DNA of 64,000 nt. Source: Camelus dromedarius (lineage: Eukaryota). The position numbers and the translations under genes are program-made. The stretch covers positions 122,204,001-122,268,000 of the forward strand of contig NC_087436.1 in the NCBI RefSeq assembly GCF_036321535.1, given 5' to 3'. Positions 11,130 through 22,900 of this stretch are shown here, piece after piece. The first letter of the stretch is position 1; each line of letters starts with the position of its first letter. Below the pieces are notes generated by a model, which saw nothing but the letters and a program-made list of their open reading frames with translations, had not been told where the DNA came from and ran no database searches.

Positions 11130-14100
11130 GAAAAACAGCAGCATGGGGGGGGAGGGCTGGGCAGGCAGAGGGACCCCGCCCCCAGCACCTCCCGTGGCGC
11201 ACACGCAGCAGCCTGGGCCCGCCCCCGGCCCTGGCCCCAGCCCCACGGCTGGTCTCCTCTGGGACACAGTTCGCCGCCCCCCGCGCCCTGGCGGGGGCTG
11301 TCCTGACACACCCTGGAGTCTCAGGAGTCACCAGCCCTGGCTCGCAGTACCCCATAGGAAGTGAATCCAGCCACCATGACATGGCCTGGGCTCCCCCAGC
11401 CCAAGGACACAGCACCCACAGCAGCTGCGGTCAAACAGCCTGGCCGTGGTGACTCTGGTCCCCACATCTGATCTCGGCCCATCTGGCTGAGTGTCGCTGC
11501 CCTTGCCACCCTCCCCACACACCAAGACCCAGGTGAAGGCTCATCCCGGTCGTCCCCCCTTCACACAGGCCTGCCCAGCACTCTCAGCCAGGGAGGAAGG
11601 AGCAGGCGGTTCCAGGTCTGCCGGGAGAAGAGGAGTGGACGAGGCCTCAGGGCCAGCCCGTCCCCACCAAGCACCTCCTGGCCTCCCCTTCCCAGGCTGG
11701 AGCAGTGGCCTCGGCCACCAGGCTCCCTCCCTGCACACACGCACACGCACACACACTCACAGGTATGCCCCTTCTCCAAAATGGCGAATTATTGCTGTTA
11801 AAAGAACACACCCAACAACGGCAGGCGGGGGCTCGCCCTCCTCCACCCCGGGCCCTGGGCTGCCCACCCCTCAGTGGGCCTCAGGCCACCACTGGAGCAT
11901 GTCGTCGGTACCAGGAGGCAAACGTAGTCCCCAGTCCCCGATCAGCCCACACCCAACCCAGAACTCAAACTCCGAAAGCCTCGGCCAGAGGCCACTGGCA
12001 CAGGAACATGGGCCCATGGCCAAAATGATTCACAGAAGCGGCTTCAGACAGACACAGGAGCAGCCGGTGACACGCAGGACACGGCCAGGGAGAGGCAGCA
12101 GGCTCCCGGGCTCGGGCCAGGCCCTAGGGCAGGCAGAGGCCGGTGCCCACACAGCCAGCATGCCTCCCAGAGGCCAGAGCCAGGCCCTATGGCCCAGAGA
12201 GCCTCCCACGCCACCCCCTCCAAGGGTGTCTCTGAGAAGACACCCCCAGCAAGCTAGGGGTCGCCCAAGGACCACGCAGCCTCAGGCCAGTTGCCTACAT
12301 GGCCTCCAGCCCAAGCCTTCGGCCCACAGGGCGGGCTAGACCTCTCTCCCCACCCCTCCCCAAGGGCAGCGGTGGGACGCCAGGCTGGACATCAGTGGAG
12401 GCAGAAGGTGGGAGGCGCGGTCTCCACTGTCCCGGAGCCGGACCACATGGCTGGCCCCAGCACAAGCACACTGCCCGCCCTGGACGCCCACCTTCGGGGC
12501 CAGCTGTCTGAAGAGCCCATCGCCAGGCAGCGGCAGCCACCCTAGGGGCCGCCCGCCCGCCGTGCGGTAGGGCCTGGTGGCAGCGAGCCACCTGAGGTGC
12601 CGCAGCCCTTGGCTGCCTTGGGTCCCCCACCCGGAAGTGCCCCTGGGGTTTGTTTTCCAAGCTCATCTAGCGAAGACAGCCTGAGCGCTCTGCCGCCCAC
12701 CTTCCACTCCAGACAGACAACAGAAGTCCTGGAAGCCCGGACCCTGAGCACAGGTGCTGCCTTCCCGCCTGGGAAGGCCCCGGAGGCCAGCGGGGACAGG
12801 GAGGGGGGCCAGGGCTGCCCAACTCAGAGAAGCTGCCCGGACACGTCGCTGGGCGGGACCCCAGGAGGATGCTTCACAGAGGTAGAAGTAACATCAGAGT
12901 CTCTACAAAGGTAAAAACCTCACATCTCAGTGCATGTTTGTGGAGCAGTCAGTGCCCAGGCTGGAGGAAGGGTGGGAGATCTGCCCCAGGGGTCCCTGGG
13001 GCCCAGGAGCCGTACGCTGGCCGGGCAAGGGTCCTGCCCTGGGCTCAGCGTGCACCCAGCCCCCCCAGCAGGCACACAGGCGCCTCTGCCCACCTGAGGG
13101 GGCAGGCAGCAGCTGGGCAGCAGAGTTCCAGACATGTGGCCAACCTGCCACACGCCCCGTGGAATCTCTCTTGGCAGCAACAAAAGGGCATAGGAAAGGT
13201 TGGGAGCCCAGCCAGTGCCTACCACCCTCTGGGCCACCAACCAAGGGCACGCAGCTCTAACAGACACCAGCGGGACGGGAGGGGCCACACCACTGCCTGG
13301 AGCTACACCAGCAAGGCGCTTGGGTTGATGCCAGCAGATGTGGGCAGCCCCGTGGCTCTACCCGGCCCAGTGGGCTCCAACGGCCCCCACCCTCGCGCCC
13401 CCACACCAGGGACTGGAGGCCCAAAGGCACAGGATCAAAGCTGGCAGCGTCCCAGGGCTGCCCCCGACGAGACACGACCCGCCATGCAGACCTCGCGTGG
13501 GCCCTGCCTGTGCTTCCCCGCCGGCCAGGACTCAGACCAGCCTCGGCCCCAACTCAGGCCACCCCAAGCCGAAACCAAACCAAACAGAAAGAGGAAAAAG
13601 GCACAACTGTTTGTTTTCCATTTTGCTAAAACACTTTACGTCTGTCTGTATAATCCACATTAACAAAATCTGAGAGCTGCAAGAAAATAGGGTGCCGATT
13701 TCTGTACAGTCTACAAAACTCCCATCCCCAAGCAGGGACCGGGCGCCACCAGGGAGAAATGTACAGGGGAGAGCGGGGTCTGTACAAAGCTCTGCAGACA
13801 CTCGGCTGCTGACAGCACAAGAGGCCCTGCAAGGAGCCGGGCTGGCTTCGCTCACCGCTTCCTTCCAAGCGCCTCTTCCAGAGCCGCCCGCCACGGCCCC
13901 GCAGGTGGGGCTCAGTCATGGCCCTCCACTTTCCCCTCTCCCAGCCCCCAGAGTAAGGGGGTCTTTATGCCCTCCTGCCACCAGGCCAGGTCCAGGCACA
14001 CAGCTGGACATGCTGGCACTGCCAATCACGACCTTCCTTTCCCTCCTCTGAGCCCCCCATGCCCAAGAGCCCATGCTTGCAACCTCAGGAATGAGAGGGT

Positions 14101-14342
14101 GGGAGCACAGCTGCCCCCACCCCAAGCCACAGTGAACCCACTCACCCCTCGCAAAGCTTCTGTAGGGCAACAAGGCTGGACAGGGGTCCCAGAGCCTCCT
14201 CACAAGCCAGGAATGCTCTTTGGGGGAAGTTATATTACATCAGGGTCTCCCTCCAGATTCCAAACTCTGAAACCCTCCACCCACCCGGCCACCCACCCCC
14301 ACCAAACTGGGCCAGAAATAGTGCATATTCTAGACCACACAG

Positions 14343-14376
14343 GTGTGTGTGTGTGTATGTGTATGTGTGTGTGTGT
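14343..14376. repeat. Imperfect (TG)n microsatellite; (CA)n in the NAT8L mRNA
   Basis: gtgtgtgtgtgtgtatgtgtatgtgtgtgtgtgt. Confidence 0.9.
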
Positions 14377-15433
14377 TAAGGTATCAACTACCATTTTGTC
14401 CCAAGAATTAAAGTCATGCAGAGTGCTATTCTGTCTAAATAACTTATTAAAAAAATAGGTCGGCTTCAGGCTGGCAGAAGCTGTGGGCTCGGTGGTGCAG
14501 GCAGCAGCCTGGGTGTGTAAGTCACAGGACAGAGCCCGTCAGCAGTGAGGCAGGAGGTCCTCAGGGAATTCTGGGAGAGGCCACCATGGTCACGCTGGCG
14601 CTGGGGGAGAAGCGACCCCACCAGTGCCTCCCCACCCTGCTCTCCTGAAGGGCCCCACCACGGCTGTGCAACATGTTGCTATGGGAACCACACCTGGGTG
14701 ATGACGCCAATCAGCAAAGCCCGGGCAGGGGAGGGGCAGGTACCAAAAGGAAAGAGGTGATCCGATGTCAAAGCAAAGCTGAACTGGGGGAGGCAAGGGG
14801 GACAACGGGGCCTCCAGAGAGGCTGGGCTGGGGCCAGGGGTGCTCACCAGTCTGGGTCCAGTCTGGGCAGGGCAGGGCAGGGGGGCGGGAGGCCGTAGGC
14901 ATGCGGCATGCTGCAGCCAGGCCACATCCTCAGCATGCAGAGCAAAGCAGGCCCTTGGCCAGCTCGGCGCTCCACGGGGCCATGGCCGGCTGGCGCAGCA
15001 GGCCACGCCTTCCAGGGACTGATGGCTGAGCCGCCGCCTGGCTGGTAGGCAGGGGTCTGCTGGGTGGGGACCTTGTTGCAGAGACTCTGTGCTTGGTGGG
15101 CAAGGCTGGGCCCTCCTCCCTGGGGGAGGGCTGGGAGGGGTGCCTTGAGCCAGGGCCAGGCAGCTGCGTGGGCACGCGGTAGTCCACGCTGTCACTCTTC
15201 AGGGTGTGGCCCCAGCAGACTGAGGAGGGCGAGGGGTGTGGCTGGGAACAGCACACCTCCCCAAGTGCCAAGGATGAGCAACAGCCCCCGCGCCCCCCAA
15301 AAACCAGCCAGAGAACCGTGTGGTGTCAGAAAAGGAAAAACCCAACACAAACACCAAGGTGAGTGTCTGAAAGCGGCCCGGGCGGCGGGCAGGCGGGCGG
15401 GCAGGCGGGCAGGGTGGCGGGGGCGGGCGGCGG

Positions 15434-15801
15434 TCACTCCTCGCGCAGCTGCAGGCGGTAGCGGTGGTAGCGGACCTGGAAGAAGAGGCGCTCAGCCAGC
15501 GAGAGGGTCATGCCAGGCATCACGTAGCGGTCACTCGAGCCCATGTGTCTGAAGCCCAGCGATTCATAGAGCTTGTGGGCGGCCACCTTGACGGCCGTCG
15601 TGCCCAGCACCACTGCGGAGTAGTTGTGCACCAGGGCGAACTCCAGCACCTTGCGGCCCAGCGCCTTGGCGATGCCCTTGCCACGGAATCGTGAGTCCAC
15701 AGACATGCGCAGCAGCTCCACGGTGTTGTCCGCCGCATGGGCCCGCGCCGCCACGATGCCCACCACGTTGCCGTCCAGAACGGCCACCCAGAAGCAGGAG
15801 C
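15434..15801 (-). CDS. NAT8L: N-acetylaspartate synthetase, exon 3 (GNAT catalytic domain)
   Basis: cttgcag acceptor; 368 nt encoding GSCFWVAVLDGNVVGIVAARA...RMSVDSRFRGKGIAKAL...RYRLQLREE then TGA; includes the acetyl-CoA-binding R..G.G motif. Confidence 0.98.
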
Positions 15802-17859
15802 CTGCAAGGGACAGTGCAGTCAGGACCACTGGCGCTGCTGCATGACACAGCTGCCCCTACAGGGCCCTCTGGGCACAGAGAGCCAGGCCTGACCTGCCCG
15901 CCACCCACAGCAGCCTGGGAGCCACCCTGACAATGGGCCTGAGGCTGGGCAGGGAGCCCAGTGGTCAGGCCAGCCGTTCCCACCTCCGGCCCTGACCAAT
16001 CACAGCCCCATGCAGGGCAGGAGGAGGGGGTAGGCCTTAGGGGAATGAGAAGAGCAAGAGGAGCAGAGGGGAGAGGCCTGCGGGGCACAGAGGCTGTCTC
16101 CTCTGGTGACCGAAGGCCTAGGGGCTACAGGAGGCAAGGCCGGGGTGAGTGCCCGCACAGAGGAGCCAGGCCTGCGTTTGCCCTGCCTGTGGCCACTCCA
16201 GTCTCCACTGCCCTGTCCCCCTGCCAACCACCTCCACCAGCCGCCTCCCATCCCAGCATCACTCCTTGAGTGGCCAAACCCTCCCTCTAAAGCTTCTGCA
16301 CCCAATGCTAGTCTGAAAGACACTCTTCACCCCTCCGCCTGACCCCTGGGGGTCCCCCACTGTCTTATCTGCCAACATGCCCCCTCAGCCCGTCAGCTCT
16401 GCAAGGGAATCTCCTGTCTCCTTCACTGCCAAACCCTGAGCCAGAGACTGGACATGAGGCCGGGACTCAGGAATGGCTGAGGGCCCCCTGCCGCTGACCA
16501 CCCCCTCCACTAGCTGACCTGCCCGCTACCCAGGAGTTCTGGCTCTCCCTACCCACCTAGGCCAGGCCAGAGATCAGGACAGTCCTGGAAGCCTCATGCC
16601 TCCCAGGCCTCAGTTTCCCCACTGCACGGACACTTCCGCAAGCCCAGCTTCTCTGCCCCTGCAGGACCTTCCTGTAGGCCCACTAAATGTCACCCAAGGA
16701 GACTGCAGCCAGGAGAGGGTAGGGCCACACCAGGCCCCAACCTGAGCCCCACTTCTGCTCCTGCAGACTGGGCTGGGCTTCGATGCCAGGTGGGTCTCCC
16801 CTTCTGGCCCCTCCCACCCTGGGCAGAGCCAGGTTGAAGCTCGAGCTCCATGGAGGCTGATAAGATGCTTCATTTGGGCTTGAGAAAGGTTCCAGGGGAA
16901 ACAGAGGTGCCCAAGTCCAGCCAGGCAGCTTTGGGGCCAGGGAAGAACCAGCCACCACAGCACAGGAGCTGGCCATGGCAGGCAGAGTCACCCTTCATCT
17001 GCGATGCCTTGCCTCTCTCGTCCCCTCCTGGCACTTACCTGCTAGTTCAGGCCCACCCTGTTCCCCCCTCCTGAGCCCAGAGACCTTCCAGCACCTAGGA
17101 GACCCTCGTGCCCCACTCCAGGCATGAAAAAAGCATGTGACCCTGCCTCCCAGGACCCACCCTGCCTCAGAGCCAGCCCCTCCCTGTGCATGAGGAAAGA
17201 ATGGGTCTAGACCAGGTCCCAGCCCCTCCCTCTTCAGAGAGCCAGGAAGCTGGGGCGAGACCCTGGGCTAAGTGGCCAAAGACCACAAGTGGAGACCAAG
17301 ACTTGACTCCTGTTCTCCTAGGGTCCTCATCCCCCTGCCAGAGTGACCTCTGCCCTTCCCTGGATCCTCTCCCCACCATGTGGCCCTCTGCCCCTGCCAC
17401 ACAGGGCCCTGCCATCCCAGGCCATCCCAACATCCAACAAGGCACACCAAGCAACAGGACCCAGAGGGGTGAGGCTCCCCCCACCCACTAAGCTCCAGGG
17501 CGGCAGCAACTACAGCATGAAGGCCAGGACAGCACGGCCCAAGCCAGCTCAGGCTGCTCAGAGCCCTGCCCTCAGAGGACACGGGGACACCCGGGGAAGA
17601 GGTTCAGCCCCAAGGACCTAGTTCTGCCAACCCCAGTCCCTGCCAGCCTGCCACACCCCCAACCCTTGGCCAGAGCCCTGCTGCCCAGAGGGCTCAGGTC
17701 ATGGGGGTGCCCCAGCCTAGGCTGACCTGGGCCTGGTGTCCTGTCCTGCCCAGGCCTGCCCTGAGGCTCCTGGGGTTGGGGCAGCTCTGCCAGAAGGAAG
17801 AGCTGAGAAGATGGCAGGCAGTGGTGGGGAGGGGAGGTCAGGGACCCCTGGGGACTCAC

Positions 17860-18024
17860 CGGGGGGCTTCATGTAGTACTGCTCGATGTCAGCCATGTCC
17901 GTGTGCAGCGCGCAGTCCAGGTAGGCGAGGACCACCTTCCGGCTGTAGTAATAGCGCAGGCCCAGCAGCCCTGCTGGCACCAGGCAGGTCAGCAGCAGCG
18001 AGCGGGTCAGGGCAAAGCAGAGCG
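17860..18024 (-). CDS. NAT8L: N-acetylaspartate synthetase, exon 2 (hydrophobic membrane segment)
   Basis: cctgcag acceptor and G|gtgagt donor; 165 nt encoding ALCFALTRSLLLTCLVPAGLLGLRYYYSRKVVLAYLDCALHTDMADIEQYYMKPP. Confidence 0.98.
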
Positions 18025-19323
18025 CTGCAGGGAGAGGCGGCGCAGGTGACCGGAGGGCAGGGCAGGGCCGCACGCTGCACCAGCCCCCTGGTGAATAAGC
18101 CAGTCAGGGGCATGCACAGAGAAGAGACCACGCCAGATATAGCAGGACTGTTTTCTCTAGAAGAGCAAAGAACGTCAGAGCTGCTCCTCACCACTCTTCC
18201 CTATTACCGAACTCCCCACCACAAGGACATGCTCCATTATAACCCAACATCATAGCATCTCTAAGTGTCCTGAGCGCAGCAGCAGCATCTGGGCAGGCTG
18301 CCCTCGGTAGTTGGCGGGAGCAGTCCCAGGCAGGGCTCCCCGGGGTGGCCCCTGCCCATCACCCTATGGCCCCTTAGCTGAGGAAGGGTCTTTGTCCACA
18401 TCCTGGCCCACACTAGACTGGTGGGAAGCCACAGAGGCACCTACAGGCCATCCCACCCTTGGGAAGTGGGAGCTCCACCTTCCAGCAGGAGAGCCCCAGC
18501 CAAGAGCCTCCCTGAGCCAGCCTCTGGGTGTTGTGAAGACAAGAACAAGGGAGGAAGGCCAAAAATGCTTCCAGCCTAGGCCACCGGGAGGCAGACGTGC
18601 CTGCAGTGAAAGTGCCTCCGCTGCGTGACCTTGGGAGAGTCCCACCCCCGAGTCTCAAGCTCCTCATCTATGAAATGGGGAGAACCGGAGAACCACCTCC
18701 CGTGACAAAGCCTCAAGGGGCAAAGCCCCAAATCCCCTGCAGCGGCTGCCCCCTGCAAGGACCCACTGCCCCTTGCTCTGCCTCCTCGGAGCACACCCTC
18801 CCCCGGCACCCCGGGGAGCTGGATGTCTTCCCCTCATAAATTAACACTTGGAGCCGCCGAGGCAGCCTCCCCCGCCCCGTGGATTATATATAGTTACACG
18901 CGCCAGGCGCGGGGCCTCGGCAGCGGGAGCTACCTGCCGACACCCCGCCCCCACCAGGGATGACCGGGGAGGAGACGCAGGTGGAGACCCCGGTTCTCTC
19001 CCGCCCGCAGCCCCTGCACTCGGCCCGCACTCGTTCCCACGCCCCCGCCCGGCGCGCCTTGGCCGGGAGCCCGGGCCGGCCCCAGCGCTGGGCGCCACCT
19101 CGCCCCGGGCCGCCGCAGAACGCGGCTCCGCGCGTGCAAGGGGGCGACAGGGGTCCGCTTCCTTCCCAGGATAGGCCCGGCCCGAGGCGGGGGTGAGCGG
19201 GCGGAAGGCAGTCCCGCGCGCGTCCCCAGAGGGCCGGGCTGGCGCGGACTGCGGCAGGCGGGGGTGCACCCGGCTGGCTGCGGCCCCGACCCCGCCATCC
19301 CCGCGGGGTCCTCGTGCACTGAC

Positions 19324-19699
19324 CCGCCAGCAGGACGTAGAGGAGCTGCGTGCGCGGGTGTTGCCGCAGGCCGCGGAAGGCCGTGTTGGGGATGCGCTCC
19401 ATGATGCCGTCGTAGAAGATGCGGCGCGCCGCCTCCTGCTCAGCTGCGCGGATCTCGCGGATGTACACGCCGCGCCCCTCCGGCGGCCCCGCGCCCCCCG
19501 CGTCGCCGTGGGGCTGGGGGCCGGGTGCAGGTGGGGGTGCGGCGGGCGCGGCGGCCGGCCCAGGGGCAGCGGCCAGCGGGGGCCACATGGCGCCGGCGGC
19601 AGCGAGCAGCGCGTCCTTCTTGGCCCCCGGCAGCGCCTCATGGTCCTCGGCGGCCACGATCTTCGTCTCGCAGACCATATCGGGAGGCCCACAATGCAT
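19324..19699 (-). CDS. NAT8L: N-acetylaspartate synthetase, exon 1 coding part
   Basis: ATG at 19699 gives MHCGPPDMVCETKIVAAEDHEALPGAKKD...RIFYDGIMERIPNTAFRGLRQHPRTQLLYVLLA; G|gtcagt donor. 376+165+368 = 909 nt = 302 aa plus stop. Confidence 0.98.
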
Positions 19700-19795
19700 G
19701 CACCCGGCCGGGCGGCGCAGCGCAGGGACGCGGGCCGGGATGCGGGCGGGCTCAGCCCCGGCCCAGGGCAAGGGCGCGGCGCCCTCGGACCGGCC

Positions 19796-19797
<2 letters not shown>

Positions 19798-19827
<30 letters not shown>
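19798..19827 (-). repeat. (GCC)10 trinucleotide repeat in the NAT8L 5'UTR
   Basis: Ten uninterrupted GGC units on the + strand, between the TATA box and the start codon. Confidence 0.92.
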
Positions 19828-19905
19828 AGCTGCTCAGGAGCGCGGGGCGGAGGCGGCGGGCAGCCGGGGCGCGCGCAGGGAGCTGCGCCGCATTTTGGAG
19901 AAGTA

Positions 19906-19977
19906 TTTATAATGCAGCGGCGCCGGTGCAGTCGCGGCGCCCGGGGTCCCGCAGGGTCCTAGCGTCCACTTCATTGG
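19906..19977 (-). promoter_or_regulatory. NAT8L: NAT8L core promoter: TATA box (19906-19911) and CCAAT box (19973-19977)
   Basis: TATAAA and CCAAT on the - strand, about 65 nt apart, inside a CpG island ~210 nt upstream of the ATG; implies a TSS near 19880. Confidence 0.7.
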
Positions 19978-22900
19978 CTGCCGAGGGTCACCATGTGATC
20001 TCGAGGGTGGGAGCAGACGCCGCCTCCGCGCCCGCCCGATGGCACACTTGGGCGCTGCACCGCGGCCGGGCGGGGGCGGCGCGGGAGGCCCGGGGCACGA
20101 CGGAGCGACCGAGCCCCGCTAGGTGGCCAGAGACGAGCGCGCGTGCGGCCGGGGTCCCGACCAGGAACGGGCGCCCCGTGGGGCTCCAGGCTCCGCGCCT
20201 CCCGCCAGGCCCCTGCGCCCCCGCGCCCCCGCCGCCTAGCGCGGGCCTGTGAGCTCCGGACCTGGAGCCGGGCCGCCGGAGCCCGTAGCGCCTCGTCCTC
20301 CTCCTCCTCGGCCACCTGGCGCTGTCACGGAAGAATCTCCATTTCCATCTCCCGACCCTTTGTCTGAACGCAGCGCCTGGCCGGGACGTGGAGTGGGGGC
20401 TCCGCGGCTTCCCCTGCTGGGCGCCCCTGGGAACCTGCGCCCGGGGCCGCACGGGCTGGAGGCGCGGGGACGCGGTCGTAGCTGGGTGTGATGCCCACGT
20501 CGCCCGCAGCCCCGCGCGTCCCCGCGCAGCGCAGCACGCCCAGCTCGGATACCAGATCCCTGCAGAAGGCACGGGGGTGCGGGGCCCACAGGACCCCTCC
20601 CGGCCCGGCCCCCGCCCTCTTCGTTCCGCGCATGCGCCCCACGATCTCGGTGCAGGTGAAGCGGAGGCTCTCGCCGCGTGCCCCGGGTCCTCGCGAGCCA
20701 TACCAGCCGACGCTGCAGGCCGGGGAGGAGGGGGGAGGTGGAAATGAGAGGACAGGTAGTCCCAGGCCCACCCCCAGCACTTGTAGAACTCACCTCCCTG
20801 CATCTCTGCACCCTCTTACCCGCGTCGCCCGAATTCCCCGAAAGTGGCCCCGCAAGGCAGCCCCGATCTGAGTTCACACCCGCGCGGCTGAGGATGAGGC
20901 CTGGGGGTCCAGGCCTAGGACTCTCAGCCCGTGTTGGGGCCCAGGGAGGAGGTTACCGTCGCCTAGAGGCCAGGAAGGGGACTACCCCTGGCAGCGTCCC
21001 TACTGAGGGACTCACTCAGGCGAGTGGGGAGAGGGAGGACGCAGGTCCCAGGAGTTGAACTAGTCCACCGGCGGGGGCCGCAAGCGCAAGGGTCCCAAGA
21101 GTCATGGGGAAGGGGCGGCCAAGCTGGGAAGTCACCCCTACCCGCTGTGTCAAGAGATGCCAGGAATTGCCTGGGGCAGTTGCCTCCTCCTTGCAGACCA
21201 AAGTGGAATCAGGGAAAATCTCAAAGGCACTTGTTGATCCATGTGCTGCCTGGGGGCTGCTGGGTGCCCTGACCAGCCACAGTGGGACCAGGCTCTGAGA
21301 TGACCTGAGGATGGTCAGGTGAGTGGCAGGAAGAGTGTCCCAGCAAGCTGGACAGAAAGCAAGGGTCCAGGCAGGAAAAACCCAGAATAGGGCTGGAAGG
21401 GAGTGGAGGGTAGTGGCCTGGAGCGGTCAAGGGGCTTCCAAGAAGGAAAGGCTTGGAATGTGGGCCTTGAGTACTAGACCAGGGATTAGGAGAACACGCT
21501 ATCTTGCTCCCTGATGGGGGCCAGAGGGGAGAGAACCAGGCCTGCTGTCCAGGAGCTCTTAGGCAATGTCCCGAGATGGACCCCATATCCTGGTGTGAAG
21601 GGGACCCTCAGAGCAGAGTGGCCCAGTCCCTGCAGGGCCACAGCCTCTGCTGGCCGTTACCCACCTCGCCTCATCCCCGGACCCTGAGCCTGAGGCTACC
21701 CCTCCTCTGCTCACAACAGCGAAGTCCCAGGATGGCTGGAGGGGCTGGGCTTTCACTCAGCCCAGGCTTGTTGCCTCCTGCCCCCGCAGTGGCCTGACTT
21801 CACCCTTCAGCCCCCACAAGTCCCTGACAGCCTCCAGGGCCACGAGGCAGTGGTCTACCCCCACCCCACGGGTCCTGGAGAGTGCCAAGACCAGGGTGGG
21901 AGGGAGCCAGACTCAGCTTGGAAGGGACAGGCTAGACCCCAAGGATGGCCACCAGGAAGGTCTTGGAGGTGTTGGGGCCTGGACTTCAACATGCTCAGAG
22001 TTGGGGGTGGCCTGAGAGGAAAAGACCCTACAGGCAATGGAGTGGCCCCAGGCACCACCTCCGAGCCTGTTTGGGGCCCAGGGAGGTGGCTGCAGTCACC
22101 TAGGGGTCAGGAAAGGGACCGACCCTCACAGAGTAGCCCGCAGAAGGACCCAGGCAGAGTGAGGGAGCTGGGAAGCAGGCCACACACCGTCTGCTGCCAT
22201 CAGGAGCCCATTTTACAGAAAACCAAGGGTCGGTGAGGTCAAGGGCAGTCTGAACTCCCAGAGCCCAGGACTGCCCACCTCCCCCACCAGAAAATCCCAC
22301 TCATTTCTCTGGCTTCGGCTGCCCAGAGTCCCCTCCCATCAAGACCTCTGGGCTGCCCCAACCATCCCAAGATTCCCCAGCCTTATGCCACTGCCAGAGC
22401 CTGGTGGGTACCCGATGGGGTGGCGGAGGTCATGCATGCAGTAGTGAGACCCCCCTACCCAGATCCCAGACACCAGATTTGGGAGGGCGCCCTTGGTACT
22501 GCAGGGAGGAGGTGCCAAACACCGGATGGTTTGCTGGCAGAACAGCCCCCAACCCCCACTGAAGAAGGGAAACCACAGGCAGACTCTCGGGGTCTCCTGG
22601 GTCACAGTAGAGGGGGGCCCAGGAAATGGGACTGGGAAGGATGGCAGAGGGGGTGGGAGCACTGGAGGAAGTGAACCAGAAGGCCAGGAGATGGAAAGAA
22701 AAAAGAAAGCCAGGACCGATTGGAGGCCCAGGGTGCAGCTAACAGGAACCACAAAGAGAACATGAAGGGGAGGAAACAGGAAAGGACGGCCACTGTCATT
22801 GTTATTTCAGCTGAAGGACTGAGACTCCTGATTGGAACCTGTCCAGCACCTCGAGTGGACCTTCAGTTCTGAGGGCAGGGAGTGATGGGACCTGCTGCAG

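Larger units (their letters stand above)
11105..15433 (-). other. NAT8L: NAT8L long 3'UTR (cleavage site approximate)
   Basis: Spans the stop codon to the AATAAA; I saw no obvious interspersed repeats; contains AU-rich blocks and UG/CA repeats. Confidence 0.7.
18850..20900. promoter_or_regulatory. CpG island over the NAT8L promoter, exon 1 and start of intron 1
   Basis: Very high GC and CpG density; GC boxes; NRF1-type palindrome GCGCATGCGC at 20628-20637. Confidence 0.9.

Noticed and set aside
19834..19893. 19-codon uORF MRRSSLRAPRLPAASAPRS upstream of NAT8L
   Set aside because: Its AUG is only ~13 nt downstream of the TATA box, so it lies upstream of the expected TSS (~19880). It would matter only if a more distal TSS is used.
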